A stretch of DNA of 64,000 nt, taken from positions 26,734 to 90,733 of the forward strand of contig CAXBMQ010000019.1 of assembly GCA_963977005.1 (NCBI GenBank), given 5' to 3'. Both the position numbers and the translations under genes were made by a program. The stretch is from an uncultured Rhodospirillaceae bacterium. Lineage in GTDB: Bacteria > Pseudomonadota > Alphaproteobacteria > MPNO01 > UBA830. Positions 36,170-45,457 of the stretch are shown in pieces. The notes under the pieces are model-generated. The model made no database searches. It saw nothing but the letters and a program-made list of their open reading frames with translations, and was not told the origin of the DNA. The stretch's first letter is position 1, and every line of letters starts with the position of its first letter.

Positions 36170-36928
36170 CTATGCGACATTCTGCGCGGCGCCTGTCTGC
36201 GCGGTTTCGGCATGAATCCGCGCGGCGCGTAGCGCGTTGATCCGCCGGTCCGCCAGTTCGGCGCGCGCGCGGATAATCACCAGCGTGACGAACAGCATGG
36301 TGAACCCCAGCGCCATCAGCAACAGCGGGACCAGCATCGACGAATGCACCGCCGGCATGCCGATCTTGGTGACGCTGGCCGGCTGGTGCAGCGTGTTCCA
36401 CCAGTCGACCGAAAACTTGATGATCGGCAGGTTGACCGCGCCGACAAGGGCGAGGATCGCCGATGCCTTTTCGCCGCGCGCCGCATCGTCGAACGCATTG
36501 GCCAGGGCGATGAAGCCGAGATACAGGAAAAACAGCACCAGCACCGATGTCAGGCGCGCATCCCACACCCACCAGGTGCCCCACATCGGCTTGCCCCAGA
36601 GCGAGCCGGTGGTCAGGCAGATCAGGGTGAAGCACGCCCCGATGGGGGCGGCCGCCAGGGCGCAGACATGGGCGACCGGATGTTTCCAGATCAGCCCCAC
36701 GGCGCTTGCCACCGCGATAAAGCCATAGGCGAACATGGCCATCCAGGCGGACGGCACATGGACATACATGATCCGCACCGTTTCGCCCTGCTGGTAATCC
36801 GCGGGCGAGGCGCCGAAGGCGAAATACAGCCCGGCGCCGATCAGGATAACGGTCAGCCCGGTTGCCCAGGGGAGGACCGCGTTGGCCAGCCTCAGAAAAC
36901 GCGTTGGATTGGCAAATCTGTGCAGCAT
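36170..36928 (-). CDS. ccmC: Heme exporter protein CcmC
   Basis: 252 aa. WWD domain (GSLWGKPMWGTWWVWDARLTS) and conserved His residues. Confidence 0.9.
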   Translation of the reverse strand: MLHRFANPTRFLRLANAVLPWATGLTVILIGAGLYFAFGASPADYQQGETVRIMYVHVPSAWMAMFAYGFIAVASAVGLIWKHPVAHVCALAAAPIGACFTLICLTTGSLWGKPMWGTWWVWDARLTSVLVLFFLYLGFIALANAFDDAARGEKASAILALVGAVNLPIIKFSVDWWNTLHQPASVTKIGMPAVHSSMLVPLLLMALGFTMLFVTLVIIRARAELADRRINALRAARIHAETAQTGAAQNVA

Positions 36929-37092
36929 GTGTTTCCGTTATTCCGACGCGGCGTCACCCGCATTCCGTCCTGCCATCCGTCCTGCAGGAACATGGTTACC
37001 AAGTCGTTACCATTAGCCGCTTACGCAACAGGATTGAAGTTCTTTCCCGCCCGCGCACAAGGTGTTGAAGACGATCGGGGTGTTGACGTCGA

Positions 37093-37512
37093 TCAGACAC
37101 CGGGCGCGGGTATTGCCGCTTCGGCTTTATTCCATATGTCGTAAATCACCGACCCGGGGCCACCCGCTGGCGCCGGCGATGCCGAGAACACCAGACGGCC
37201 GTGTTCCATGGCGACGGTCTGTTCGACAATCGTGCCGACCTTGTTGATGTCGGCACTCACCGAGATCAAATGCCGCACCCTGTCGCCCGCCACTTCGTAC
37301 CGCCCGCAATACGATATGCAGGCAATATTGCCATTCGCCCGCGGATAGTTCAGCGATTTGCACATGTGGCCCTCGGGCGTATAGATCAGGTATCCGGATG
37401 CGCTGCTGCCCCACGGGCGCTGTACCTTGCCGGTGGCATAGACCATATAGCAATCCGCCAGGTGCCAGGCGCCCGAGAGATCGGTTGCCGGGGCCTGCGT
37501 CAGGCCGCTCAT
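37093..37512 (-). CDS. Lipocalin-like domain protein (hypothetical), inserted between ccmB and ccmC
   Basis: 139 aa from MSGLTQ; an alternative start at 37533 is possible. Beta-rich, with a WHL...Y..G motif typical of lipocalin-like or DUF1794-type small proteins. Confidence 0.45.
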   Translation of the reverse strand: MSGLTQAPATDLSGAWHLADCYMVYATGKVQRPWGSSASGYLIYTPEGHMCKSLNYPRANGNIACISYCGRYEVAGDRVRHLISVSADINKVGTIVEQTVAMEHGRLVFSASPAPAGGPGSVIYDIWNKAEAAIPAPGV

Positions 37513-37598
37513 TGCTGCGTCGCTTCCGTCCATCCGGTTTCCCGACTGAATGTATCGGGGCAGGATCGCCCCGGACGTTCCCCGCCCGTCGTTACGCT

Positions 37599-37631
37599 TT
37601 ATCCGATGCTACGCGTTATCCGATGCTACGC
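37599..37631. repeat. Perfect tandem duplication of a 16/17-bp unit TTATCCGATGCTACGC(G), with a partial third unit, immediately 3' of the ccmB stop
   Basis: Seen directly in the sequence: ...CGCTTTATCCGATGCTACGCGTTATCCGATGCTACGCTATTCCGCC... Confidence 0.6.
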
Positions 37632-38296
37632 TATTCCGCCGCCAGGCGCAGGGCTGCCGCACAGCCCCAGGGGCAGACCACGAGACAGGCCAGCAACAGA
37701 CCGCCCAGCACCAGTAACTGCTGCGTCGCGGCGAATCCGCCGATGACGGCATCGACGGCGCCCGCGCCGAAGATCAGCACCGGTATCACCAGCGGTAAAA
37801 CCAGAAGAGACAACAATACGCCACTGCGCCGGGATCCGAGGGACAGCGCCGCCCCCAACGCGCCGACCAGACTAATGATCGCCGTTCCCAGAGCCATCGC
37901 CGCCATCAATACGCCATACCCGCGCGGCTCCAAGTTGAGCATGATACCAATCACCGGCGCCGCCACCAAGAGCGGAAGCCCCGTGGTCAGCCAGTGCGCG
38001 GCGATCTTTGCCAGCGCCGTCAGCCAGAGCGGCTGCGGTGCGATGACGAGCAGATCGAGCGTGCCGTCGTCATAGTCGTTCTGAAACAGCCGGTCGAAAG
38101 ACAGCATGGCGGCCAGCAGGGCCGTAACCCACAGGATTCCGGGCGCCATGCGCGCTAGCAGGTTCGGTTCCGGGCCCACGCCGAAGGGGAAAAGGGCCGC
38201 CGCGATGACGAAGAAAACGATCACCATCATCGTATCGCTGAGCTGGCGCAGCGCGATCCGGATATCGCGCCCGACAAGGGCGAAAAAGCCGTTCAC
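37631..38296 (-). CDS. ccmB: Heme exporter permease CcmB
   Basis: GTG start (cac at 38294-38296) overlapping the ccmA stop in a GTGA arrangement. N-terminus MNGFFALVGRDIRIALRQ... matches the CcmB consensus. Six transmembrane helices. Confidence 0.8.
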   Translation of the reverse strand: MNGFFALVGRDIRIALRQLSDTMMVIVFFVIAAALFPFGVGPEPNLLARMAPGILWVTALLAAMLSFDRLFQNDYDDGTLDLLVIAPQPLWLTALAKIAAHWLTTGLPLLVAAPVIGIMLNLEPRGYGVLMAAMALGTAIISLVGALGAALSLGSRRSGVLLSLLVLPLVIPVLIFGAGAVDAVIGGFAATQQLLVLGGLLLACLVVCPWGCAAALRLAAE

Positions 38297-38967
38297 CGCG
38301 AATCGCCCGCAGCAGCGTCGACCGGTTCCGGGTCCCACAGCATGTCCGCCGGCGCCGCATGGGCCGCCATATCGACGGTGTCGGCGTCTTCGATGCCCAG
38401 TGGCACATTCGTCGATGCCACGATCATGCCGCCGCCGGCCCGGTGGGCATCGATCGCGGCGCGCAGCCGGTCGACCGCTCGGTAATCGAGCGCGACCGTC
38501 GGTTCGTCGAGCAGCCAGAGCGGCGCCGGTGTCGCCAGAATGCGGGCAAGGGTCAGCCGCCTTGACTGTCCGGCGGACAGCATCCGGGCAGGCAGATCGG
38601 CAAGCGCCGACAGGCCCGCGCTCTCCAGCGCCGTCTCTATGTTTGCTTTACCGGGGCGCATCGCCGCGTGAAACGCCAGGTTTTCGCGCACCGTCAGGGC
38701 CGGCTTCACCGCGTCGCGGTGACCCACATAATGCATGTGGGCAAAAAACCGTTCGGGGTCGTCGGAAACCGGCGTTCCCTGCCAGACGATCTCGCCCGCG
38801 GCGGGCGGGGCGATGCCGGCCATCAGGCGCAGCAGGCTCGATTTCCCCGACCCGTTCGGCCCTGCCAGCACAAGCGCGCCGCCCGGCGATACGGCGAAGT
38901 CGAGACCGGCAAAGACGATGCGGTCGCTTCTGATGCAGGCAAGGCCCGTGCCGGAGAATCCGTCCAT
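38293..38967 (-). CDS. ccmA: Heme ABC exporter ATP-binding protein CcmA
   Basis: Start at MDGFSGTG (cat at 38965-38967); the ORF-track N-terminal extension is low-complexity and is discarded. Walker A GPNGSGKSSLLR, signature LSAGQSRRL, Walker B LWLLDEP. Confidence 0.85.
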   Translation of the reverse strand: MDGFSGTGLACIRSDRIVFAGLDFAVSPGGALVLAGPNGSGKSSLLRLMAGIAPPAAGEIVWQGTPVSDDPERFFAHMHYVGHRDAVKPALTVRENLAFHAAMRPGKANIETALESAGLSALADLPARMLSAGQSRRLTLARILATPAPLWLLDEPTVALDYRAVDRLRAAIDAHRAGGGMIVASTNVPLGIEDADTVDMAAHAAPADMLWDPEPVDAAAGDSR

Positions 38968-39039
38968 GTATCTGGGATAGCGCAATTCGGGCGAGTCGTC
39001 ATCCGTGGAGGGCGGAGGGCGTCGATGTGATGACGATGG

Positions 39040-39077
39040 GAAAAAGAAAAAGGCCGCTGATCTTGCGATCAGCGGCC
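39040..39077 (-). terminator. Strong rho-independent terminator oriented on the minus strand, about 75 bp upstream of the ccmA start
   Basis: Perfect 11-bp GC-rich stem GGCCGCTGATC-ttgc-GATCAGCGGCC. On the minus strand it is followed by TTTTTCTTTTTCC, which is the A-run GAAAAAGAAAAA on the plus strand. Confidence 0.55.
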
Positions 39078-39469
39078 TAGGAGGGATCCAGCGTTTCCGC
39101 TGGGGGTGGACGTTCTGGGGGGAACGTCCGGGGGCTACAGTTCCATATGGGGCTGCAATTGGGGCCGGACAAGGGCGCAATTGTGGCAGGAATGTGATTT
39201 GTTTTCGCAACCCGCATATCGGTTCGATATGCCCGATTGCGCCAATTGACGGCTGAATGGGCGGAAAAGGGCAGGGAGCCGCGCTTTTCAGGGATATCGG
39301 GGCCGCGTGGCCGTCCCGGTCCCACGCGCCGGCCCCGCGCGGCAACGCGGCTTGACCGGCACTTGACCGACAAAGGATACCGGTTTCGGGAAAAGCGTCA
39401 TTGCTATTGGATTCAGCGCCGTTTGCCGGTAGTTTCCGCCCCGCATCAGATAAAAGAAGGAGATCGACC

Positions 39470-42208
39470 GTGAGCGCAATCGGACAGGACACGCTGAAGG
39501 CCCGCCGCAGCCTCGAAGCCGGCGGAAAATCCTACGACTATTACAGCCTCAGCGCGGTGTCCGATGCCGGATACGGCGATATCTCGCGTCTGCCTTTCTC
39601 GCTGAAAGTGCTGCTCGAGAATCTCCTGCGTTACGAAGACGGGCGCTCTGTCACCGTCGCCGATATCGAAAAGGCGGCCAAATGGGTCGATACCCAGAAA
39701 TCCGATCTGGAAATCGCGTACCGGCCGGCGCGCATCCTGCTTCAGGATTTCACCGGCGTTCCCGCCGTGGTCGATCTCGCCGCGATGCGCGACGCGATGG
39801 TTCAGCTCGGTGGCGATCCGCAGAAGATCAATCCGCTGAACTCGGTCGATCTGGTCATCGACCATTCGGTGATGATCGATGAATCCGGCACACCCGGTGC
39901 TTTCGAGAAAAACGTTGAGCTCGAATTCGAGCGCAACAAGGAACGCTATGAATTCCTGAGCTGGGGATCGAAGGCGTTCAACAATTTCCGCGTCGTGCCG
40001 CCCGGTACCGGCATCTGCCATCAGGTGAACCTCGAATACCTGTCGCAGACCGTCTGGGTGACGGACGATGCAAGCGGCAAGGCAATTGCCTATCCCGACA
40101 CGGTTGTCGGCACCGACAGCCACACCACCATGGTCAACGGCCTTGCCGTTCTGTCCTGGGGTGTCGGCGGGATCGAGGCCGAGGCCGCGATGCTCGGCCA
40201 GCCGATCTCGATGCTGCTGCCCGAAGTCGTCGGCATGAAGCTGACCGGCGAGATGAAGGAAGGCATGACCGCGACCGACCTGGTGCTGACGGTCACGCAG
40301 ATGCTGCGCGCCCAGGGCGTCGTCGGCAAGTTCGTCGAATTCTTCGGTCCCGGCGTCAGCGCGCTGTCGCTGCCCGACCGTGCGACCATCGGCAACATGG
40401 CGCCGGAATACGGCGCGACCTGCGGCTTCTTCCCGATCGACCGCGAGACCTGCGACTACCTGTCGTTCACCGGGCGTGAAGACTCCCAGGTTGCCCTGGT
40501 CGAAGCCTATGCCAAGGCGCAGGGCATGTGGCGCGACGAGAACACGCCGGACCCCGTCTTTACGGCGACGCTCGAACTCGATCTGTCGACGGTCGAGCCG
40601 TCGCTTGCCGGGCCGAAGCGCCCGCAGGACCGGGTCGTGCTGTCCCAGGTCGCCACGGTTTCGCAGAAGGCGATCGACGACCATCGCGGCAGTGCCGCGC
40701 CGGAAGCCGTTGCCCGCATGGAAGGCGAGGGCGGCCTGCCCAGCGGCGACGCCGAGCGCGATACCGGCCCCGATACCTATCATGTCGAAGACGGCGACGT
40801 CGTGATCGCCGCGATCACCAGCTGCACCAATACATCGAACCCGTCGGTCCTGGTCGGTGCCGGGCTTCTCGCGCGCAATGCCGTCGCCAAGGGACTGAAA
40901 GCGAAGCCGTGGGTCAAAACCTCGCTCGCCCCCGGCAGCCAGGTCGTGCGCGACTATCTCGCAAAGGCCGAACTGCAGGACGATCTGGACGCGCTCGGTT
41001 TCAACATCGTCGGCTTCGGCTGCACGACCTGCATCGGCAATTCCGGCCCGCTGTCGGAAAAGGTCGCCGATGCGATCGACAGTAACGATCTGGTGGTCGG
41101 CGCGGTTCTTTCGGGCAACCGCAACTTCGAAGGGCGCGTGCATCAGCAGGTGCGGGCGAACTTCCTCGCCTCGCCGCCGCTGGTCGTTGCCTACGCACTG
41201 GCCGGCTCGCTCAAGATCAACCTGGCGACGGATCCGCTCGGCAAGGACAGCGACGGCAACGACGTTTACCTGAAGGATATCTGGCCGACCAATCAGGAAA
41301 TTCACGACACGATGCGCGAATGCCTGACCGCGGAAATGTATCGCAGCCGCTACGCGAACGTGTTCGAAGGCCCCGAGGAATGGCAGAAAATCGACAGCGT
41401 GAAGTCGGAAACCTACAGCTGGCAGGATGCCAGCACCTATGTGAAATACCCGACCTTCTTCGAAGGCATGGAGCGTGAGCCGGGCGAGATCACCGATATC
41501 ACCGGCGCGCGGCCGCTGCTGATCCTGGCCGATTCCGTGACCACGGATCACATCTCGCCGGCCGGCGGCATTCAGCGGGAAAGCCCGGCGGGCGAATACC
41601 TGCTCGAACGCCAGATCCGCCCCGCGCAGTTCAACTCCTACGGCTCGCGCCGCGGCAACCACGAAGTGATGATGCGTGGCACGTTCGCCAATATCCGCAT
41701 CCGCAACGAAATGGTCCCGGGCGTCGAAGGCGGGGTGACCACGCATCAGCCGTCGGGCGAACAGATGCCGGTCTATGACGCGGCGATGAAATATGCCGAA
41801 GAAGGCGTGCCGCTGGTCATCATCGGCGGCAAGGAATACGGCACCGGTTCGTCGCGCGACTGGGCGGCCAAGGGCACCACGCTGCTCGGCGCCCGCGCGG
41901 TGATCGTCGAAAGCTTCGAGCGTATTCACCGGTCGAACCTGATCGGCATGGGCGTGCTGCCGCTGCAGTTCACCGGTGGCGACACGCGCGAGACCCTCGG
42001 GCTCGACGGCACCGAGACGTTCGATATCAAGGGCGTTGCCGACGGGCTCAGCCCGCGCAGCGAACTCGACTGCACGATCCATCGTGCCGACGGTTCCAGC
42101 GTCGACGTCAAGCTGCTCTGCCGCATCGATACGCTGGACGAGCTCGATTACTACAAGAACGGCGGCATCCTGCAGTATGTGATCCGCAACATGCTCGACG
42201 CCGCCTAA
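39470..42208 (+). CDS. acnA: Aconitate hydratase A
   Basis: GTG start at 39470 with an AAGGAG RBS 9 nt upstream. 912 aa. Aconitase family motifs (Fe-S cluster cysteines in TSCTNTSNP / GCTTCIGNSGP, and the swivel domain). Confidence 0.92.
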   Translation: MSAIGQDTLKARRSLEAGGKSYDYYSLSAVSDAGYGDISRLPFSLKVLLENLLRYEDGRSVTVADIEKAAKWVDTQKSDLEIAYRPARILLQDFTGVPAVVDLAAMRDAMVQLGGDPQKINPLNSVDLVIDHSVMIDESGTPGAFEKNVELEFERNKERYEFLSWGSKAFNNFRVVPPGTGICHQVNLEYLSQTVWVTDDASGKAIAYPDTVVGTDSHTTMVNGLAVLSWGVGGIEAEAAMLGQPISMLLPEVVGMKLTGEMKEGMTATDLVLTVTQMLRAQGVVGKFVEFFGPGVSALSLPDRATIGNMAPEYGATCGFFPIDRETCDYLSFTGREDSQVALVEAYAKAQGMWRDENTPDPVFTATLELDLSTVEPSLAGPKRPQDRVVLSQVATVSQKAIDDHRGSAAPEAVARMEGEGGLPSGDAERDTGPDTYHVEDGDVVIAAITSCTNTSNPSVLVGAGLLARNAVAKGLKAKPWVKTSLAPGSQVVRDYLAKAELQDDLDALGFNIVGFGCTTCIGNSGPLSEKVADAIDSNDLVVGAVLSGNRNFEGRVHQQVRANFLASPPLVVAYALAGSLKINLATDPLGKDSDGNDVYLKDIWPTNQEIHDTMRECLTAEMYRSRYANVFEGPEEWQKIDSVKSETYSWQDASTYVKYPTFFEGMEREPGEITDITGARPLLILADSVTTDHISPAGGIQRESPAGEYLLERQIRPAQFNSYGSRRGNHEVMMRGTFANIRIRNEMVPGVEGGVTTHQPSGEQMPVYDAAMKYAEEGVPLVIIGGKEYGTGSSRDWAAKGTTLLGARAVIVESFERIHRSNLIGMGVLPLQFTGGDTRETLGLDGTETFDIKGVADGLSPRSELDCTIHRADGSSVDVKLLCRIDTLDELDYYKNGGILQYVIRNMLDAA

Positions 42209-42261
42209 TAGGGCGAGGTTTTGGCGGTGCCGGCTGGTGCCGTCACTCCCCATAAAGAACA

Positions 42262-42296
42262 GGCCCGCTGCCGGTAACCGGTGGCGGGCTTTTTCT
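42262..42296 (+). terminator. Rho-independent terminator of acnA
   Basis: Stem GCCCGC-tgccggtaaccggtg-GCGGGC, followed by TTTTTCT. Located about 55 bp after the acnA stop. Confidence 0.7.
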
Positions 42297-42383
42297 ATGC
42301 CGGTTTTCTCCCAAACAAACCTTCACTCACACGTGAACGCGGTTGATTAGGGCATTTTAACCGGGCGCTCCTATACACGGGGC

Positions 42384-43127
42384 ATGTTCAGCCCTGCCCG
42401 GACCTTCCTGACAAGCCTGGTCGTGTGTACCCTCCTTTCCCTGCCGGCTCTCGCCGGGGGCGGCAAGAAGGTCGTCGTCGAGCTGTTTACCTCGCAGGGC
42501 TGTCCGTCCTGCCCGCCGGCGGACGCGTATCTGGTCGAACTCTCCAGGCGCGACGACGTGATCGCGCTGTCGTTCCATGTCGATTACTGGAACTATATCG
42601 GCTGGAAAGATCCGTTCTCCTCGCCCGAAGCCACGGCCCGTCAGCGCGCCTACGGGCAGGCGATGCAAAAGCGCTATGTCTACACGCCGCAGATCGTGGT
42701 GGACGGGCGCGCCGAGACCGTTGGGTCGAACCGGGCGACAGTCTCCAGCCTGATAAAAATGGCGGCAGCGGCGCAGAAAATTGACATCGACGTCACCCAC
42801 AACAAAGACGGCACCGCCGATATCGGCGTACCCGACGCGCTGCCCGGGGGCTTGCACGAAGGCGAAGTGTGGATCGGGTTCTACGATGCCGCGGTGAAAA
42901 CCGAAATTCCGGCCGGCGAAAATCGCGGCGAGACCATTACCAACGCCAATATCGTGCGGACCTACAAGCGCATCGCTACGTGGGACGGCACCGCGCTTGC
43001 AACCCATGTCGATCTGAAGGCGCTCGGCGCGGCGGGCCGCGACGGTTGCGTGGTCATCCTGCAGGCGCCGCGCCACGGCCCGATTATCGGCGCCGCGTCG
43101 TTTGCGCTGCCGGGCGGCGGTTCTTAG
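42384..43127 (+). CDS. DUF1223 domain-containing secreted protein with a thioredoxin-like CPSC motif
   Basis: 247 aa. Signal peptide, then ...VELFTSQGCPSCPPAD..., characteristic of DUF1223. Confidence 0.7.
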   Translation: MFSPARTFLTSLVVCTLLSLPALAGGGKKVVVELFTSQGCPSCPPADAYLVELSRRDDVIALSFHVDYWNYIGWKDPFSSPEATARQRAYGQAMQKRYVYTPQIVVDGRAETVGSNRATVSSLIKMAAAAQKIDIDVTHNKDGTADIGVPDALPGGLHEGEVWIGFYDAAVKTEIPAGENRGETITNANIVRTYKRIATWDGTALATHVDLKALGAAGRDGCVVILQAPRHGPIIGAASFALPGGGS

Positions 43128-44320
43128 CGCGGCTCCGCCTGGCCGGCGTTTCGCAGCATTTCCGCGCCACTCTCCAGCGCGCTGACTTCCCAGTTGACGA
43201 TATGGTGCGAGGCGCTGGCCAGCAGGTTGCGGTAGCTCCTCTCCACCGGGGAGCCCTGGAAGATCGCGGTGCCGCCGGCCGTGTTGAACAGGCGGGTGCC
43301 CGCGTTCAGCGCCGTGCGGCAGGCCCAGGCCGAATTGCGCTTGGCCCGCAGCATTTCTTCGTCGTTCAATGTGCCGCCCGCGTCGAGAACCTTCATGGCC
43401 GCCGTAATGGTGTCCCGGTTCAGGGCTTCGGCGGCGTCGATGTCGGCCGCGCATTCGCCCGCGATCACATGGCTTGTCGGGTTGTCGGCGACCCTGTTGC
43501 CACGCGACATACGCGTCACGGTATAGGCAAGCCACTGGTCGAGCAGGCCCTGCGCCATGCCGACCGTCATCGAGGCGAACAGCGCCGGGGTCAGGGAGCC
43601 GCGGGGCAGCCGGTAGACGCCGCCCGGATTGACGGCGGCACCCGGGCCGTTCCCGGCGCGGGCGTCCTCGCCCCGCAGGATGGCGTATTCCGGGACGAAC
43701 ACGTCCTTGACCTCGAAGCTTTTGGATCCGGTGCCTTCGAGCCCGATGGTGTGCCAGTCGTCGATGATGGTTGCCTCCGACCGGCGCAGCAGAAAGAAAT
43801 GCGGACCGTCGCGGGTGTCTCCGTCAACGATAAACCCGCCGCAGATCAGCCAGTCGGCATGGTCGATGCCGCTCGCGAACCCGAACCGGCCGGAAAACGA
43901 AAACCCGCCGTCTACCGGCGTCGCGATTCCTTTCGGATCGAACGAGGCGGACATCACGGCCTCGGCGTTCTCGTTCCAGACATCTTCCTGCGCCTGCAAC
44001 GGAAACGTGCCGAGCATCTGGGCGTGATCCGCCATGATGGCCTGGACCCAGCCCTGCGCGCCGTCGCCGCGGGTGAGGCGCTGCGACACACCGCACAGCA
44101 CGTCCCAGCCCATCGCATGACCGCCGAACCGTTCGGGCTGGGTCATGCGGACAAGGCCTGCATCGCGGAAATCGTCAACCGATTCCACCGGCACCTGGCG
44201 GGCGGTTTCGGCACCTGCCGCCCGCGCGCGCAGGGTCGGTTGCAGGGCTTCGGCCCGGGCGTAAAGGTCGGTTGCCGATGGCGGCGTCTCCATTGGGATC
44301 GACGGGGCGGTTTCAGCCAT
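43124..44320 (-). CDS. Acyl-CoA dehydrogenase-type flavin-dependent oxidoreductase or monooxygenase
   Basis: Start at MAETAPSIP (cat at 44318-44320). ACAD-fold N-terminal, middle and C-terminal domains. Family only; the specific substrate is unknown. Confidence 0.7.
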   Translation of the reverse strand: MAETAPSIPMETPPSATDLYARAEALQPTLRARAAGAETARQVPVESVDDFRDAGLVRMTQPERFGGHAMGWDVLCGVSQRLTRGDGAQGWVQAIMADHAQMLGTFPLQAQEDVWNENAEAVMSASFDPKGIATPVDGGFSFSGRFGFASGIDHADWLICGGFIVDGDTRDGPHFFLLRRSEATIIDDWHTIGLEGTGSKSFEVKDVFVPEYAILRGEDARAGNGPGAAVNPGGVYRLPRGSLTPALFASMTVGMAQGLLDQWLAYTVTRMSRGNRVADNPTSHVIAGECAADIDAAEALNRDTITAAMKVLDAGGTLNDEEMLRAKRNSAWACRTALNAGTRLFNTAGGTAIFQGSPVERSYRNLLASASHHIVNWEVSALESGAEMLRNAGQAEPR

Positions 44321-44536
44321 GTTCCAGCTCGAATTTCTGTTCTTACAAACCCGGACTTTCGGCGATATCCGGCGCCGATACAACGCTTTTCGCACGCGCC
44401 GCGAGCGTGCTAACGTCTCCGCAACATCAATGACGAAAGATCCGGCTCGGCGACAGACCGCCGATGAGCCGCGCTATCCTCAGCATCGTGACCGGCGCCG
44501 CCGGCCGGTGACCCATCAGAATAACGACAGGCAACG

Positions 44537-45457
44537 ATGACCGAACCGTCCGCCCCGTCCCGCCGCGAAGGCGTCGCACATGTGATGATGCTGGTGGCGG
44601 TGCTGATTTTCGGCGTCAATTACGTTATCGGCCGCTGGGCCGCCGGCGATGTGCCGCCCTACACGCTCGGCTTCGTGCGCTGGACGTCGGGCATGCTGAT
44701 ATTGCTGCCCTTTGCCTGGCCGCACCTTCAGCGCGACCGGGATTTCATTCGCCGGAACTGGAAGCTGCTCTGCCTCGCGGGGTTTTTGATGCCGTTCATG
44801 GGGGCCGGCGTGACCTACGTGGCGCTGACCTATACCGAAGCGATCAACGGCGGCGTCATCCAGACATCGATGCCCGTGATGATCGTGCTGCTGTCGTGGA
44901 TATTCCTGCGCGAACGCACGGCAGGCATCCAGTGGCTCGGGATTGTCGTCGCGATTTCCGGCGTGCTGTACATCGTCGCACGCGGCGATCCGTCGACCCT
45001 GGTCGACCTGTCGTTCAATGTCGGCGATGCCATCCTGATCGGCTGCAACCTCGGGCTTGCGGGATACGGCGTCGCGGTGCGCCGTCTGCCCGAAGGCATC
45101 CATCCGCTGTCGCTGATCACCATGGTCTGCACCGTCGGCGCGATCTGCCACGTGCCGTTTTTCGGCTACGAGATGGCGACGGGCGTGCCCATCATTCTCA
45201 GCACCAAGACGATCGTCTCCCTCCTCTTTGTCGCGATTTTCCCGTCCGTGGTGGCTATTCTATTGTGGAACAGCGCGATTTCGCGCATCGGCCCCAGCCG
45301 GGCCGGTTTTTACATGTATCTGACGCCGGTCTACGCGGCGATATTCGCGATTCCGCTGCTCGGCGAAACGATCGGCGTCTACCATGTCGTCGGCGCGGTG
45401 CTGATCGTCATCGGGGTCACGCTGTCCAGCCGGAAGCCCAAAGCCGCCGCTGCATGA
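44537..45457 (+). CDS. DMT superfamily (EamA-like) transporter
   Basis: 306 aa. Ten predicted transmembrane helices and two EamA repeats. Confidence 0.8.
   Translation: MTEPSAPSRREGVAHVMMLVAVLIFGVNYVIGRWAAGDVPPYTLGFVRWTSGMLILLPFAWPHLQRDRDFIRRNWKLLCLAGFLMPFMGAGVTYVALTYTEAINGGVIQTSMPVMIVLLSWIFLRERTAGIQWLGIVVAISGVLYIVARGDPSTLVDLSFNVGDAILIGCNLGLAGYGVAVRRLPEGIHPLSLITMVCTVGAICHVPFFGYEMATGVPIILSTKTIVSLLFVAIFPSVVAILLWNSAISRIGPSRAGFYMYLTPVYAAIFAIPLLGETIGVYHVVGAVLIVIGVTLSSRKPKAAAA

Noticed and set aside
39077-39373. 98-aa minus-strand ORF in the acnA-ccmA spacer
   Set aside because: Low-complexity Arg/Pro-rich translation, no RBS, and overlap with multiple hairpins. More likely non-coding (see the sRNA candidate finding).
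39446-42253. 935-aa minus-strand mirror ORF exactly opposite acnA
   Set aside because: Same cause. The plus-strand product is an unambiguous aconitase. The antisense translation has no motifs.
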